57,515 nucleotides of DNA from an uncultured Bacilli bacterium (GTDB taxonomy: Bacteria > Bacillota_I > Bacilli_A > RF39 > UBA660). The DNA is taken from positions 1 through 57,515 of the forward strand of contig CANRAC010000001.1 of the NCBI GenBank assembly GCA_947628495.1, given 5' to 3'. The translations under genes and the position numbers were made by a program. Below, one piece after another: positions 1 through 9,700 of this stretch (its first letter is position 1; each line of letters opens with the position of its first letter). A model generated the notes under the pieces. That model made no database searches. It was not told the origin of the DNA and saw only the letters and a program-made list of their open reading frames with translations.

Positions 1-77
1 ATTGGTATAGTTGCTAAAAAGATTTGTGCTAAACTCAAAGAAACTCGCCTTTATGATTTTATCAAAGAAGCCGTTAA
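1..77. repeat. 77-bp terminal direct repeat (copy 1); circular-assembly overlap identical to 57439..57515
   Basis: Read directly: nt 1-77 (attggtatagttgctaaaaag...caaagaagccgttaa) recur exactly as the last 77 nt of the window. An ORF reads through the junction in frame. Confidence 0.95.
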
Positions 78-243
78 AGCAGCTGAACAATTATTTCCTA
101 ATGTTGATGGAGTACAAACCGGTACTGAAAAGTACAAATATGTTGTTCAACAAGTGCTAGCTCACTTCTCAGGACTAACAGACAACGAGTACCTACAAGC
201 TTTAATTGAAGGTGCAGTTTATAGTTTAAATAATGAACTGTAA
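1..243 (+). CDS. holin, LL-H-like (C-terminal part of the junction-spanning gene)
   Basis: Nt 1 is in frame with the ORF that starts at 57364. Stop TAA at 241-243. Confidence 0.6.
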   Translation: MGIVAKKICAKLKETRLYDFIKEAVKAAEQLFPNVDGVQTGTEKYKYVVQQVLAHFSGLTDNEYLQALIEGAVYSLNNEL

Positions 244-252
244 GGAGGAACT

Positions 253-1020
253 ATGAAAGCGGTTATTAAAACCTATAAAGATGACGAATTAGTTGTTACA
301 CTTGAGCATGCTGATGGTCATAGGACCGCTGAATATCTATTAGTAAGAATAGGGCTTGACGATCCAGCCAAGCCCTGTAGCTTGCTGATACTTGGTAACG
401 GCAAATGTTATTTAAGTCAAAAGAATTATTCTATTGTTTACGAAGATGAAGAACTTAACATATCAGGTCTTTACCAAGAAGTACTTAACTATAGATATTT
501 AGCACACAATGTCGGTGCAGTGTCAGAGTTAACAACTAATGACAAAACAATTGTTGGTGCTATTAACGAGATAGCTTCAGCACAATTATCTACTCGAGAG
601 TTGCGTGGTTATGCTAAATGGCTAGTATTTGACGAAACTGCAGTTGACAGAGTAGAATTTGACGACTTAGATATAGCGTATGTTGTACCTAAGAAGGAAT
701 GGATGTATTACTCAGAAGCATTACACAACTTTACTCCATTACCTGTTGATTGGCAGAACTTAGACAAAATTGTTCGTACTCGTCAAGAGTTGAATGATTT
801 TATTGCTGTTGGCACTAAAAGAGATGTACTTGTTGGAGTGCTAGAGGACAGTTCAGTCATTAGAGTATGGAAGACAGGTAGTAGTAGAACTGTGTGTCCA
901 ATCAGTCGAATTGGAGATGAGTTTATCATCCAATATATTGCCACTAAAGATGGTGTGCAAACAGACGCTAAAATTATATGTACCCCTAAAGGTTGGGTGT
1001 ATATACTATCAAAAGTATAG
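253..1020 (+). CDS. hypothetical protein, possibly fibre/tail-associated
   Basis: 255-aa ORF with SD TAAGGAGGAACT-ATG. The segment LTTNDKTIVGAINEI resembles a motif common in phage fibre/receptor-binding proteins. No lysin motif seen. Confidence 0.3.
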   Translation: MKAVIKTYKDDELVVTLEHADGHRTAEYLLVRIGLDDPAKPCSLLILGNGKCYLSQKNYSIVYEDEELNISGLYQEVLNYRYLAHNVGAVSELTTNDKTIVGAINEIASAQLSTRELRGYAKWLVFDETAVDRVEFDDLDIAYVVPKKEWMYYSEALHNFTPLPVDWQNLDKIVRTRQELNDFIAVGTKRDVLVGVLEDSSVIRVWKTGSSRTVCPISRIGDEFIIQYIATKDGVQTDAKIICTPKGWVYILSKV

Positions 1021-1029
1021 GAGGCAATT

Positions 1030-1197
1030 ATGAAACCTATGACTGAAGAACAAGTCATTAGACTTATTACAGAACAGTTGAATCGTATGGTCAAATCTTT
1101 GACTGACAAGTTGGAAGCAGAGATTAAAGACCTTAAGCGAACAATTGAATTGCAAGCAACTGAAATTAAAATTTTAAAAGAAGGAGCGAACTTATAA
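1030..1197 (+). CDS. small coiled-coil protein (55 aa), not in the ORF track
   Basis: ATG at 1030 after TAGGAGGCAATT. Product MKPMTEEQVIRLITEQLNRMVKSLTDKLEAEIKDLKRTIELQATEIKILKEGANL. Its stop overlaps the next ATG (TAATG). Confidence 0.6.
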   Translation: MKPMTEEQVIRLITEQLNRMVKSLTDKLEAEIKDLKRTIELQATEIKILKEGANL

Positions 1198-1715
1198 TGT
1201 TAGATTTCTTAATAACTTATGGACCTACAATCTTATCAGGTCTAGGCGCATTTGGCGCTGGTTTAGGTGGCATTTATTCAATTTTGAAAGTTTTCAAAAT
1301 TGGTAAGAAAGTTGATGCGAACATTGCTCGCACCGATGAAGAAATTAAGATTACTCGAGAAGGCATAGTAGAGGCCTTTAAGACAGCACACATTCCTACT
1401 GAATGGAAAATATCTGTTGCAGGTCAAGTCAATCAAATTTTGACTGACTGGAGAAATGAGTTCTTAGGTATCTTAAATGAACAAGAAGCTTTAAGAACCA
1501 AAATGATGGCTGCTATTTTGAAGATATTAAATTATACAGCTGCTTCAAATAAATTAACTGAAGCTGAGAAGAAGGACATTGAAGAATTACTTCGCTTGAT
1601 TACTGAGCGTGATGGTATAATTGACATATCTGACATAGCCACTGCAACTAAGACAACTACTGCAACAAATAGTAATGTTAATACCTTAACGACAAATATT
1701 AAAATTACAAAATAG
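1197..1715 (+). CDS. membrane protein (N-terminal TM, coiled-coil C-terminus)
   Basis: 172-aa ORF. N-terminus LITYGPTILSGLGAFGAGLGGIYSIL is hydrophobic and Gly-rich. Start is coupled to the upstream stop. Confidence 0.6.
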   Translation: MLDFLITYGPTILSGLGAFGAGLGGIYSILKVFKIGKKVDANIARTDEEIKITREGIVEAFKTAHIPTEWKISVAGQVNQILTDWRNEFLGILNEQEALRTKMMAAILKILNYTAASNKLTEAEKKDIEELLRLITERDGIIDISDIATATKTTTATNSNVNTLTTNIKITK

Positions 1716-1723
1716 GAGGGCGT

Positions 1724-2248
1724 ATGAAAAAGCCAAACATTAAAAAATTAAAATACCCACTCTGGTTTCATATTGTATTTTATTGTTTGACAGTTATTGT
1801 ACCTTTAGTTGCTATTCTAATACAAGGCTTTAAGAGTGATAGCACATTATTCAAGTTTACATTTGTTATGATTTGTGCTGCAGTGATTCTATGGATTTTT
1901 GCTAGAAAATTCTTAATAGCAAATTTGGAAGAGAAAATGCAAGCTCGTAAAGCAGCATTAGAACATGACTATGAAATTGAAGTCGGCAATCCAGAAAAAG
2001 CAAAATGGTTATGGTTTAATAATGAAATGTGGCTAAGTATTATAAATGCTATTCACGTTGCATTGATTGGACTTTTAATATTTGTTTGTGCTTGGGGCGT
2101 TGAGTCGGCAGCAATTCAGATTAAAGGTGTTGGTATACTGATAACTTTACTTTACATTATGGCTTATGTACTTAAGTTCATATTGATAGTTAAACTAAGA
2201 GGTCAGGAGCAAGACGAGGAGGTAAAAGATGAAACGCCAAAACAATGA
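1724..2248 (+). CDS. multi-pass membrane protein
   Basis: 174-aa ORF with SD AGGAGGGCGT-ATG and about four hydrophobic segments. Confidence 0.6.
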   Translation: MKKPNIKKLKYPLWFHIVFYCLTVIVPLVAILIQGFKSDSTLFKFTFVMICAAVILWIFARKFLIANLEEKMQARKAALEHDYEIEVGNPEKAKWLWFNNEMWLSIINAIHVALIGLLIFVCAWGVESAAIQIKGVGILITLLYIMAYVLKFILIVKLRGQEQDEEVKDETPKQ

Positions 2249-3284
2249 TAATCTTGAACCTAAAGATTTTAAAAGGTTGTTTAGTGTTAATAGTATTTTA
2301 AGTAAGATAATTACTTATAGTGCTTATATCATCCTCAGCTTCTCAATCTTAATTCTAGTTTACTTATCATTTATTGAGACTTTAGGTATTGAGCCTGATT
2401 GGAGAATATTAACTTTATTCACAATTGCCACGGTTTTATTAGCTTGGAACTGTTGGTCAATGTTTTACAAAAAGCATTATGAAGAAATAATGCAAGAAGA
2501 CGTAGACAAGCAAGAAACAAAACAGTATTCTATACATAGCCGATACTATGTAGCAGTCAAGGACTGGAATGATACTGATTTACAATTAGCCATTGATAAG
2601 TTCAACGAAGAGTATACAGCTCGTTGGTTACGTTGGGTTGAGAAAACCACTGGTGTACCAATCGAAAGTTGTGACAAAGTTGAAGTTGACGAAAATGGTA
2701 ACCCTAAACTAGACGATAATGGACAACCCATTATCGTCCATGTAAAGGGTATTAAAGATTTACGCTATAAAGGTTTTTATCACAAGATAATTATGTGGCG
2801 CATTAAGCACCACGTATACCCTAAGTCAGGTTATACTACAGCAATGGAGCTTATGTCATTGTTGTCATATCAAGAGTCAAATTTCAACAAAAGAAATTTA
2901 AAAGCTGATAAACAATTCTTTACTTCACATGCAATTACAAAATTTATTAGTTTGTTGTTAAGTGTGACGATTGTTGCTACAATCATACCTACAATGATAC
3001 AGGGTGAATATTGGACTGCAATCTTAAGGTTGATATTTGCAATATTTACTGTCGTCTCGTCGGTACTGACTGGAGCAATAAATGGTGTCAAAGGCGCTCG
3101 ATTAAAATTATCTGTAGTCGAAGATGCTGCATCTGACCTTGAGCGTTGGGCCGGCAAGAAACCACTACTTGAGCCATATAAAGAAGTTAAACCTGAAGAA
3201 GAGAAACCCGCTGAACCTGTAAAAGAGCCTGAAACTCCAGCTGAAAAGGTTGAAGAAATTTTCAAACAAAAAATACCTAAATAG
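2229..3284 (+). CDS. multi-pass membrane protein with Pro/Glu-rich C-terminus
   Basis: 351-aa ORF with SD GAGGAGGTAAAAG-ATG. Hydrophobic segments at both ends and a PEEEKPAEPVKEPETPAEK tail. Confidence 0.6.
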   Translation: MKRQNNDNLEPKDFKRLFSVNSILSKIITYSAYIILSFSILILVYLSFIETLGIEPDWRILTLFTIATVLLAWNCWSMFYKKHYEEIMQEDVDKQETKQYSIHSRYYVAVKDWNDTDLQLAIDKFNEEYTARWLRWVEKTTGVPIESCDKVEVDENGNPKLDDNGQPIIVHVKGIKDLRYKGFYHKIIMWRIKHHVYPKSGYTTAMELMSLLSYQESNFNKRNLKADKQFFTSHAITKFISLLLSVTIVATIIPTMIQGEYWTAILRLIFAIFTVVSSVLTGAINGVKGARLKLSVVEDAASDLERWAGKKPLLEPYKEVKPEEEKPAEPVKEPETPAEKVEEIFKQKIPK

Positions 3285-3304
3285 TGTATATTTTTCTAAA
3301 TTCA

Positions 3305-3324
3305 TGCATATTATATAATATAAG
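3305..3324 (+). promoter_or_regulatory. promoter-like TGCATATTATATAATATAAG upstream of the scaffold/capsid genes
   Basis: AT-rich element with overlapping TATAAT/TATATT hexamers in the 129-nt gap before the 3414 ATG. Belongs to a recurring ATAT(T/A)ATAT family (see findings). Confidence 0.35.
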
Positions 3325-3413
3325 TTATTGATTGATTATCGGACAATTGATGGCTTAACTGGTGCTAAATCAGACCGAGTTCACCATCGGTCTTAAAATA
3401 AGGAGACATAGTA

Positions 3414-4145
3414 ATGGAAATTCAAGATAATGAAGAAACTTTGAACATAAACATAGATGACTTGTTCAAAGACCCGGTTGCTGAAGAGCCAGAAGTATTA
3501 GAAACTGTCGAAAATCATAATACTCCTGAAACTAAAGCGAATGAACCAACCGAACAAACTAAAGCAGTTAGTGAACGTATCAATGAAGTTCGTCGCAAAA
3601 CTGAGAGCGAAACTCAAGAGAAAATAGCGAGAGAGTTAGGTTATGAAAATTACGCTGATATGCGTAAAGCCAAAGAAAAGAAACTTCTAGAAGATGCTGG
3701 TTTAGATGAAGACGATATTAAGGAAGTTGTAGAGAAACTTGTTGCACAAAGATTAGCGGATGACCCACGTATGAAAAAACTAGAAGAGATTGAAGCCAAA
3801 GATAAAGCAACATTTGTTAATAGTCAACTTAAAGAGATTAACACATTAACTGGCACAAATTTTACAAGTATCGAGCAATTACCGAAAGATACTTTAGATT
3901 TGTGGGCAAAAACGGGAAATCTAAAACAAGCATACTTAGCTACGCAAGGTGAAGCAATTATTCTTAAAAATAATGCTGCCGCAAAAAATACTTCGTCACT
4001 AGCTCATTTAGCAAGTGCTGGAAGCAACAGTAATACTCACACAAAGAGTAGATTACTAAATGAAGAAGAAAAGGCAATTTGGAGGTCGGTAATGCCGGAC
4101 ATTACTGATGACGAATTATCGAAAAAGACGGTGGACATTGAATAA
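3414..4145 (+). CDS. scaffolding-like protein
   Basis: 243-aa acidic, coiled-coil-rich ORF located just upstream of the capsid gene. SD AAGGAGACATAGTA-ATG. Confidence 0.45.
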   Translation: MEIQDNEETLNINIDDLFKDPVAEEPEVLETVENHNTPETKANEPTEQTKAVSERINEVRRKTESETQEKIARELGYENYADMRKAKEKKLLEDAGLDEDDIKEVVEKLVAQRLADDPRMKKLEEIEAKDKATFVNSQLKEINTLTGTNFTSIEQLPKDTLDLWAKTGNLKQAYLATQGEAIILKNNAAAKNTSSLAHLASAGSNSNTHTKSRLLNEEEKAIWRSVMPDITDDELSKKTVDIE

Positions 4146-4212
4146 GTGTCTAGGAGAACCCTACCTTAGTGGGAAACTGTAAAAATCAAAAATAGTTGTT
4201 ATAGGAGGACAC

Positions 4213-4650
4213 ATGAACGCAGCTAAAGCAGGCTATATAGCCGAATTTAAAACTGGGTACCTTCAAAGAGAAATTCGTATCAATGCCAACGTAACTGGTG
4301 GTAAAGATAAAGGTCTTAGAGATGGTGCCGAAGGTATTGCAGTAGGTCGTTTAGTTAAAGTCACCGCTGACTCTGCTAATGGTGATTACACCGTTACAGC
4401 TGTCACAGGTTCTGATGAAGCTACTCAAGTTGCTGCTGCAACTCACATCATTGCTCAAAGCGATGATACTATCAGGGATGTACCAAGTGATTACAATTAC
4501 CCTGAACAATATACTACTCTACCAAATCTTGTTGTTAAAAACACCACTGATGCAACTGACAAGAAAACAGTAGCAGTATATGCAATTATAAACAAAGATG
4601 ACTTAAAAGTTATCAATCTAGGCGGGACTGACCCGTACACAGGCGAGTAG
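4213..4650 (+). CDS. small head protein (decoration-like?)
   Basis: 145-aa ORF between the scaffold and capsid genes with SD TAGGAGGACAC-ATG. The call rests on position only. Confidence 0.3.
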   Translation: MNAAKAGYIAEFKTGYLQREIRINANVTGGKDKGLRDGAEGIAVGRLVKVTADSANGDYTVTAVTGSDEATQVAAATHIIAQSDDTIRDVPSDYNYPEQYTTLPNLVVKNTTDATDKKTVAVYAIINKDDLKVINLGGTDPYTGE

Positions 4651-4663
4651 GAGGTAATAAGCC

Positions 4664-5920
4664 ATGAAATTTTTCAATATTGACGAGGCTTTGAAATTGC
4701 CTCAAACATTTAATGTGTTAATGAACGCCTTGGACGAATTATATGCTAAACGTCAAGAAGAATTTCAAAAATCTAACCCATTAACACAAATCTATCAAAC
4801 TGTTTCATTGAATCAGTTTCAAAAATCTTTTGGCTCTAGCACGGGCTTCAAACAAGCATTTGAAAGAACAGTTGATTATGCCGCATATCCGGGCTTTTCT
4901 AGTGGGGATGGTTTCAGGACGACAATTTCGTATAAGCCATTCAATGGTAAAGTTGTATTTACTTGGCAAACTTTACTAGAAGCTGACTATAGCGGTATTA
5001 AAGACACTTTGTCTAACTATCAAATCGCTTGGCAACGTCAAATCGTTGAATTTGGTATGTTTGCACTTACCGCGTTCTTCGGTAATAAGGTATACGATAA
5101 AGTTTCTAAAACTTACTTAAAAATCGACTCTGCCGATACTACTGATGGCGACCCAATGACCCCAACCAAGAATCCAGTTTTCACAAACAAACACAATGTT
5201 GTTAAAACTGAAGGCATGACTGATGCTGAATTCAAATCTTTACAACAATCTAACAAATACTTTATTGATATTAAACTTGATGGTAGTGATCCACTTGCTT
5301 ATGCTAAATTAGCGGATGGCCTATATCAAATTAAAACCAATATGGCTAAATTGTTAGACGACAATGGTAAACGTGCTGGTGTAACTGGTCGTAAGAAAAT
5401 TGTTGCTACTGAAGATGCACACTTGAATGCTGCTCTTAATTCTGTAATTAACAGTGATGTATTCTGTTGCGAACCAAATCTTCATGCTAACTCTCAAAAT
5501 TCTGTATTGAATCCAGTTAAATCTGCATTTAATACCTATTTCACTCCATACCTTGATGGTAATATTGACCAACCTATTCCTCAGTTTGCTACTGATGCAA
5601 CTGCTGGTTATGCAAAAGGTTTCTTAATATTGGATGATGAATACAATAAAGCAAATAAAGGTCCTATGATGGTTGAACGTGTTGGTTTCAGCATGAAAGC
5701 CGTTAAGACTGACGAGCCAGAAGGTATCAAATATCTTGCTAAACAAGCATTCGATTTCTTCTGTCCTACCTGGAGAGGTGTTGCTTATGTTTACATTGGC
5801 AAACCTACCGGTTCTGGTAATGCTTGGGACGACCCAGCTACATTTACAGAAATCAAACCAGTTGTATTCCCAAAAGCTGTTACAGTTGTTGGTGAAGTTA
5901 CAACTAAAACTACTGAATAA
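4664..5920 (+). CDS. major capsid protein (putative)
   Basis: 418-aa ORF after the scaffold gene, with a strong SD and followed by a hairpin. Size and position are typical of an HK97-fold capsid protein. No diagnostic motif was read. Confidence 0.55.
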   Translation: MKFFNIDEALKLPQTFNVLMNALDELYAKRQEEFQKSNPLTQIYQTVSLNQFQKSFGSSTGFKQAFERTVDYAAYPGFSSGDGFRTTISYKPFNGKVVFTWQTLLEADYSGIKDTLSNYQIAWQRQIVEFGMFALTAFFGNKVYDKVSKTYLKIDSADTTDGDPMTPTKNPVFTNKHNVVKTEGMTDAEFKSLQQSNKYFIDIKLDGSDPLAYAKLADGLYQIKTNMAKLLDDNGKRAGVTGRKKIVATEDAHLNAALNSVINSDVFCCEPNLHANSQNSVLNPVKSAFNTYFTPYLDGNIDQPIPQFATDATAGYAKGFLILDDEYNKANKGPMMVERVGFSMKAVKTDEPEGIKYLAKQAFDFFCPTWRGVAYVYIGKPTGSGNAWDDPATFTEIKPVVFPKAVTVVGEVTTKTTE

Positions 5921-5941
5921 GCAGTATTAAATTACGAGCGC

Positions 5942-5966
5942 TTTAAGGTCACCTCCAGACCTTAAA
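5942..5966 (+). terminator. hairpin after the capsid gene (attenuator/terminator)
   Basis: TTTAAGGTC-acctcca-GACCTTAAA: 9-bp stem with a 7-nt loop and a weak T-tract. Confidence 0.4.
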
Positions 5967-5989
5967 TGCTTGCTCAATAGGAGGTTGTT

Positions 5990-6772
5990 ATGTTTACTTA
6001 TGGTTATATTCGAGAAGCCACTATGGCTCATCTCGATATAGACGAAACTGAAGCACAAGCTATGGGTTTATTGTCTAGATTTCATATCTATGCCAATGAG
6101 GCCATGCAAGCTATATGTGCTAGTAAGCCTATGTACCAATATCTCGACATAACAGTTGTGGAAAAATTTGCACCGCTGATTGTAGTCGACGGTGCAAATT
6201 TTTTACCCGCAACTAAAGAGCAGATAGAATGGGACGTAGACGAAAAAGGTCCAGCACCTTTTAAATTTGCTACTAGAGAGCAAACTGAAGATTACTATCA
6301 TAAAAAGAACATTTATGAAATGTTCGAAAAGGTAGTAATGACCGACACATTTATCGCTTTTGCAGATAAACAATGTTATAAACTCACTTGGCGTAAACCA
6401 ACTGTTGAAGAGCAATTGGAGGCTGAAGCATTTGGTTATAAAATTACTCAAGGTGTTATAAGAGAAGGAGCTGTTGTTGACTTAGATTTCTCATATCTAA
6501 GCAAGAACACTTTAAAATTCTATAAACCTGGAAGGTATCTAATACCTGCTAAGTTTATGTGGCACCGATTTGACTCAGGTGTTGCAGACGAAGAAGAACT
6601 TGATATGCCTAGTGATATTTTGTTAACAATACCACTATATATTGCGGCTATTTGTTTACAAATTGATAATACGCAAAAAGCACAACTTATGCGTCAAGAA
6701 TTTGAAATTGCATTGTCTAGGTGTACTGCAACTGACTTCTTGACTCTAAATGAGATTAAAGCTGATTGGTAG
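5990..6772 (+). CDS. hypothetical virion protein (head-tail adaptor position)
   Basis: 260-aa ORF with SD TAGGAGGTTGTT-ATG. Position only. Confidence 0.3.
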   Translation: MFTYGYIREATMAHLDIDETEAQAMGLLSRFHIYANEAMQAICASKPMYQYLDITVVEKFAPLIVVDGANFLPATKEQIEWDVDEKGPAPFKFATREQTEDYYHKKNIYEMFEKVVMTDTFIAFADKQCYKLTWRKPTVEEQLEAEAFGYKITQGVIREGAVVDLDFSYLSKNTLKFYKPGRYLIPAKFMWHRFDSGVADEEELDMPSDILLTIPLYIAAICLQIDNTQKAQLMRQEFEIALSRCTATDFLTLNEIKADW

Positions 6773-6781
6773 GAGGTTATT

Positions 6782-9700
6782 ATGAAAACAGTGAAAAGAA
6801 CTACTACTGATATTCAAACCGATGATATAACAAATACTAATAAGTATTTTAATCAAATGGAGTTTAAAGGTATTCAAGAAGACGAGAATATTTACACAAC
6901 TGACCAAGAAGCACTTAGAGACGCAAATAATGTTTATGTAGATGACGACGAACGGTTAGTTAGTCGTCCGACACTACAGCGCAATAATGACTTTCCAGAG
7001 GGTGTAGTGCCTGAAGGTTTTCATATTGTTGATATGAAAAAAGTAGGAGACGGTACACTATATGTTAGTGAACAATTTATTGAGCATTATGATACAAGAT
7101 ATAGTCAGCCTACTCCGAGTCATTTTAAGTTTAAAATTGTTAATTTAACATATTACAAAAATGGTCAAATGTATTCTAAAAAGCTTTACACTACTTATCA
7201 CCAAAGAATTTCGACTTATAACAATTATTATGAAGATGGTAGTAATAATTTATATGGAGCTGATATTAATTCTGAAGATTTTGCAAATTTAAACTTAGTA
7301 CCGGTGAATTACATTGAATTTGAGTTTAGAGCTGATGGTAATCATGAAGATTATACTTATAAAGCAACTGATTGGGAAGAATTTAATGGTTATTTTGCAG
7401 CTGATCAACACAAGTGTTGGAAAACAGTTAGTGATGATGACGATTTTGTGTGCGGCTTTAAATTAAAAACACAAGGTTGGCAAACTACTAAAGCGGTTAC
7501 CTCTCCATTATGTCCTGATGTCAGTGTTACTGGTAATACCGGAAATGCATACAGAACTAATTCAGTGCGACAATTAAATTTTTGGGGTAAATGTGAAAAC
7601 CCTAATGCAAAAGTTGCTATAGTAAATGTGAATTTAATTTCTGGATTTATGACTATTGCAATAGCTGATGAGATTTACTGGAAGACTGATATACCACTCG
7701 AGGTTATTAAATATAAAACTTATGTATATCAAAATTATATAATTGTTTTTAGTAATATGGGAGCAGTTATACTTGATATAAATGATACTAAAGGTTGGTG
7801 TCCATTAAGCGATTATGCAGATACCCCTATAGTTAAACGGGTGATTGGTTCTACTGTTACAACTTACGAGAAAAATCAATTAACTAACTCATATAAAGAA
7901 CAATATATTTATTCTAAAGATAGCCAAATAGCTACTCCATACCGTAACAAAGTAGTTGGTGTTGAGATAACAAGTCCTAATGGTAACTTAAGTTATACTT
8001 ACGACAAAGTTGGTTATCACGAAGAAGATAAAGCCAAGAGAAATGGTGAGATTGGTATAAATGATTTAGCGACTCAAGTTGTAAAAGTACTTCCTGGACC
8101 TACCGATAACCAATCATATAGGTATTCTATTAAAAAAGGAGTTATTGTTAGAGTGGCGTCAGGTGGTTATGAGTACTTTGAAATTTCAGTTGATGGAGGA
8201 AATCATTACGATAGAGTATATTATCCATTTGGACCAGAAGAACAATATATATTTATTGGTGGGCAATTAAGTGAAGATGGTAATTATGTATTTGTTGTGA
8301 CTAGTGCAGGCGTATATCACTGTAATGTTGGAGATTATACTTGGAGCGAAAAAGAAGCCCTTGAAGGAATGCCGTGGGGTGCTGATTTAATACAATTTAC
8401 AGCATTAACTAGTGATAAATTTGCTTTATTTGTTGGACGTATAGTTACAACACCTGGAAGTTTTACATTTAGTCGTCGTTTATATTTTAAAGGTCCAGGA
8501 CTATTTGGTACAGGACAAAAATATACCGATGCTGGTAAGAAAATTGGTTATATTGATGGAGCTAATTATAGAATGGAAGACACTGATCCAACTTATGCAT
8601 CATTTGATAGTTTATGTTTAGGAATTCGAGACTTAGCTAAAGATGGAGCAGAACGCATAAAAATGTGTATGACTAAAGGTTGGCAAGGTGAAGAAGCATG
8701 TGCAATTGTCATATTGGCTGATAGTAATCGTGATACTAATTTAGCTACTGAAAAATACTCAACAGTAATCGTAGTCTTAGGCGGTAATAACCCATTACAA
8801 AGTGATAGAATATTGTCGTTGTATGATAACTCAAACCTAAATATTGGTGGTATTCATGAACTTAAATATGTTACAGAATTAGACTCGGCTATTACAACTA
8901 AGCTACCTAATTTTAAATCTGTAGACTATGTTTTAAATATGTCAATTATAACTGGGTCTCAAAGTGATATAGATGTTAATACTGATGCTTTGAATTTACC
9001 TTGGAATTCAAAAGACAATGGCAGATATTGGTCTTGGTTTGCTGAGGTGCGTCAAGTAGGTATATATACTACTTCAGTTAATGATGGTAAACGATCTATA
9101 CCTTTATCATATAATGGTATGAGTCGTCAAAGTTTACCAATAGCAAGATTTGATTTCGCTAGTAAAGCGATAGGTACTTATGACTCATATATACCGGTAC
9201 GTACATCAAATGCATATATTCAAGTTAGAGCAGGATCATATAATAGTTTAAGTTCGAATATCGCCGCATCACGATTGGCAATTCTACCTCGCAATCATAG
9301 TTCGGGCGATTGGTACTGGGTACCTGAAATATATAATGAGTCTTTAAATACAACCATTGGCACTTATCATCACCAAATTATTGCGGATGGTGATTATTAC
9401 TATTTTATTACGGACGACTATAGTATTATCACTAATAATTTAGGTAATAATGATTTAGCTACATTAACTTACACGTTTAAAGATGAGACACCTTATACTC
9501 AATTGCCAGATGTGACATATAGTGATACTGAGTTTTATTTAGCATTTGGTAATCAGCTTAATATTACCCAGAATTCTACTGTCGATGGCAAAACATATCT
9601 TAATGTGCCTGAAATAAATAATCAAACTTTTACAGATAGAATTACTGGTATGATAAATATATCAACTACTGAGTTAGCAATATTCTTTGAAAATAAAATT

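Noticed and set aside
783-1109. Antisense or alternative-frame ORFs from the six-frame track that lie inside longer genes. Examples: 783-1109(-), 2870-3265(-), 13676-13984(-), 19580-20038(-), 26035-26412(+), 39178-39486(+), 53309-53668(-), 54403-54663(-).
   Set aside because: Each lies wholly within a longer ORF that has a strong SD and recognisable motifs. They lack an SD of their own and have low-complexity, shadow-frame composition. I treated them as non-coding.
3372-3393. The hairpin AGACCGA-gttcacca-TCGGTCT as the T-arm of a tRNA in the scaffold-gene leader.
   Set aside because: It has a 7-bp stem and an 8-nt loop, and no flanking acceptor, D or anticodon pairings. It is more likely a leader or stability hairpin.
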